From: Albugo candida
Taxonomy: Eukaryota
DNA: 64,000 nt
NCBI GenBank assembly: GCA_040437565.1
Contig: JBDOQK010000053.1
Location: 124,001-188,000 of the forward strand
Direction: 5' to 3'
In this document: piece after piece, positions 62,842 through 64,000 of the stretch
Layout of the letters: each line of letters starts with the position of its first letter
Numbering within the stretch: position 1 is the first letter of the stretch
Made by a program: the position numbers and the translations under genes
The notes under the pieces: model-generated
Told to the model about the DNA's origin: nothing
The model's input: only the letters and a program-made list of their open reading frames with translations
Databases searched by the model: none

Positions 62842-63645
62842 ATGAAAGATTCGACTTCTAATGAACCGGATGCTTATTCAGCGACATCTGTTGCTCTTTC
62901 GAAACGAGTTGGAATTGACTTGACGGCAGCGCTACTTGCCTCACTGAATGTATCACCATTCATATCTATAGTAGACCGTGGAATAGTGGAGAACGCCAAT
63001 GGATCTCGTCCTCTGTTCGCGAATATAAAACACCTCTTGCTCTCATTTATCACCAGTCCCGTACAATTTATGTGCAAAAGACGCGAATTTCATTTAGTGT
63101 ATGGGCTGTACGCCGCAACATACGCAACAGCTAACATCAGTGATACGATTTGCGAATGGAAAAGCGTGGATAAAGAGATGCCCAAATTCTTATGCACAAC
63201 AGCTGTCAACATGACATTATGCATTGCTAAAGATCGCGCATTCACCCGTATGTTTGGAACCATACGACCAACAGCATTTCCGCTTTCATCGATCGCTCTT
63301 TTTGCGGTTCGTGATTCGTTGACTGTTGCCGCCTCTTTCAATGCACCAAAAATACTAGCAGAACAAATACGAGCACATTCAGACATGGAAATAGGTAAAG
63401 CTTCAATTATCGCACAATTATTTTGTCCAGCTGCAATTCAATTCATTTCTACACCTCTTCACCTACTCGGACTCGATCTATACAACAATCGCCACGCCGC
63501 ACCCAAACGGCGTTTCCGTTTTATCACAAAGGAGTATTTCAAGTCTGCAGCTGCACGGATAGGACGTATTGGACCCGCATTTGGGCTTGGGAGTATCGGA
63601 AATAATTTTTACAAGGCTCGATTACGCGTTTTGGTGGAAAAGTAG
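62842..63645 (+). CDS. Uncharacterised membrane protein, mitochondrial carrier/sideroflexin-like
   Basis: 267-aa ORF with DLTAALLASLNVSPFISIVDRGIVENANG, KDRAFTRMFG, RDSLT..ASF and QFISTPLHLLGLDLYN. The fold assignment is recalled, not tested. Confidence 0.6.
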   Translation: MKDSTSNEPDAYSATSVALSKRVGIDLTAALLASLNVSPFISIVDRGIVENANGSRPLFANIKHLLLSFITSPVQFMCKRREFHLVYGLYAATYATANISDTICEWKSVDKEMPKFLCTTAVNMTLCIAKDRAFTRMFGTIRPTAFPLSSIALFAVRDSLTVAASFNAPKILAEQIRAHSDMEIGKASIIAQLFCPAAIQFISTPLHLLGLDLYNNRHAAPKRRFRFITKEYFKSAAARIGRIGPAFGLGSIGNNFYKARLRVLVEK

Positions 63646-64000
63646 CAATGTTATAACACAGCATGTATTGTATCAATTATTAAAAGATATATTACTGTTT
63701 CATATAACAAGATTCAAGTGTCCGCTGCCTGCATCGAGTGATGTTCTTTCTACAGGTGGAGGATTCCGCCACAATTCCGCTCGATAAGCTTGTGATCGTT
63801 GCATGCCCAAATACTAATAATAAAGATGTCATAAATCTGTATTGAGTTCCTGAGGTTACGTACCGTAAAGTAGAATTGAGCGGACAGAATAAACGATCGA
63901 GATAGAAGCAAGAAACATTTCCACATGTTGAAGCTTTTCCACGCCGAAATACTGCCAATCAGTAACGCCACTGACATCATTTGGAGAAGTAACAAAGCTG

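Noticed and set aside
63692-64000. Minus-strand ORFs at the window edge
   Set aside because: Possibly the 3' end of a gene entering the window, but frame and product cannot be supported.

Overview
Eukaryotic, intron-containing draft scaffold with several 100-N gaps. The short GT-AG introns, compact gene spacing and gene content suggest an oomycete, probably Albugo-like (inference only). Gene-dense housekeeping DNA lies at both ends: an AT-hook protein and RPLP1 at 0-3.3 kb; UCHL5, TIM23, PHB2, RPS9, VPS41, a TVP15/COPI-associated protein, two 7TM proteins, a phosducin-like protein and TRAPPC2 at 48-64 kb. Between them is a ~44-kb gene-sparse, transposon-rich island with Copia, LINE, Gypsy-chromovirus and Merlin-like TIR elements. 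The island is largely built from four copies of a multi-kb duplicated cassette. Each copy carries an intact, intronless, signal-peptide-bearing gene with pepsin-type (A1 aspartic protease) C-terminal motifs but no catalytic D[TS]G motif. Each gene is preceded by a conserved 22-bp motif and a 3-5-unit ~115-bp tandem array. The mature proteins have diverged far more than their non-coding flanks, while neighbouring housekeeping-gene copies (ESF1, EMC7) have decayed. This looks like a fast-evolving secreted pseudo-protease (candidate effector) family with a dedicated upstream array. A fifth, pseudogenised fragment and a non-canonical secreted CAP/PR-1 protein also lie in the island.
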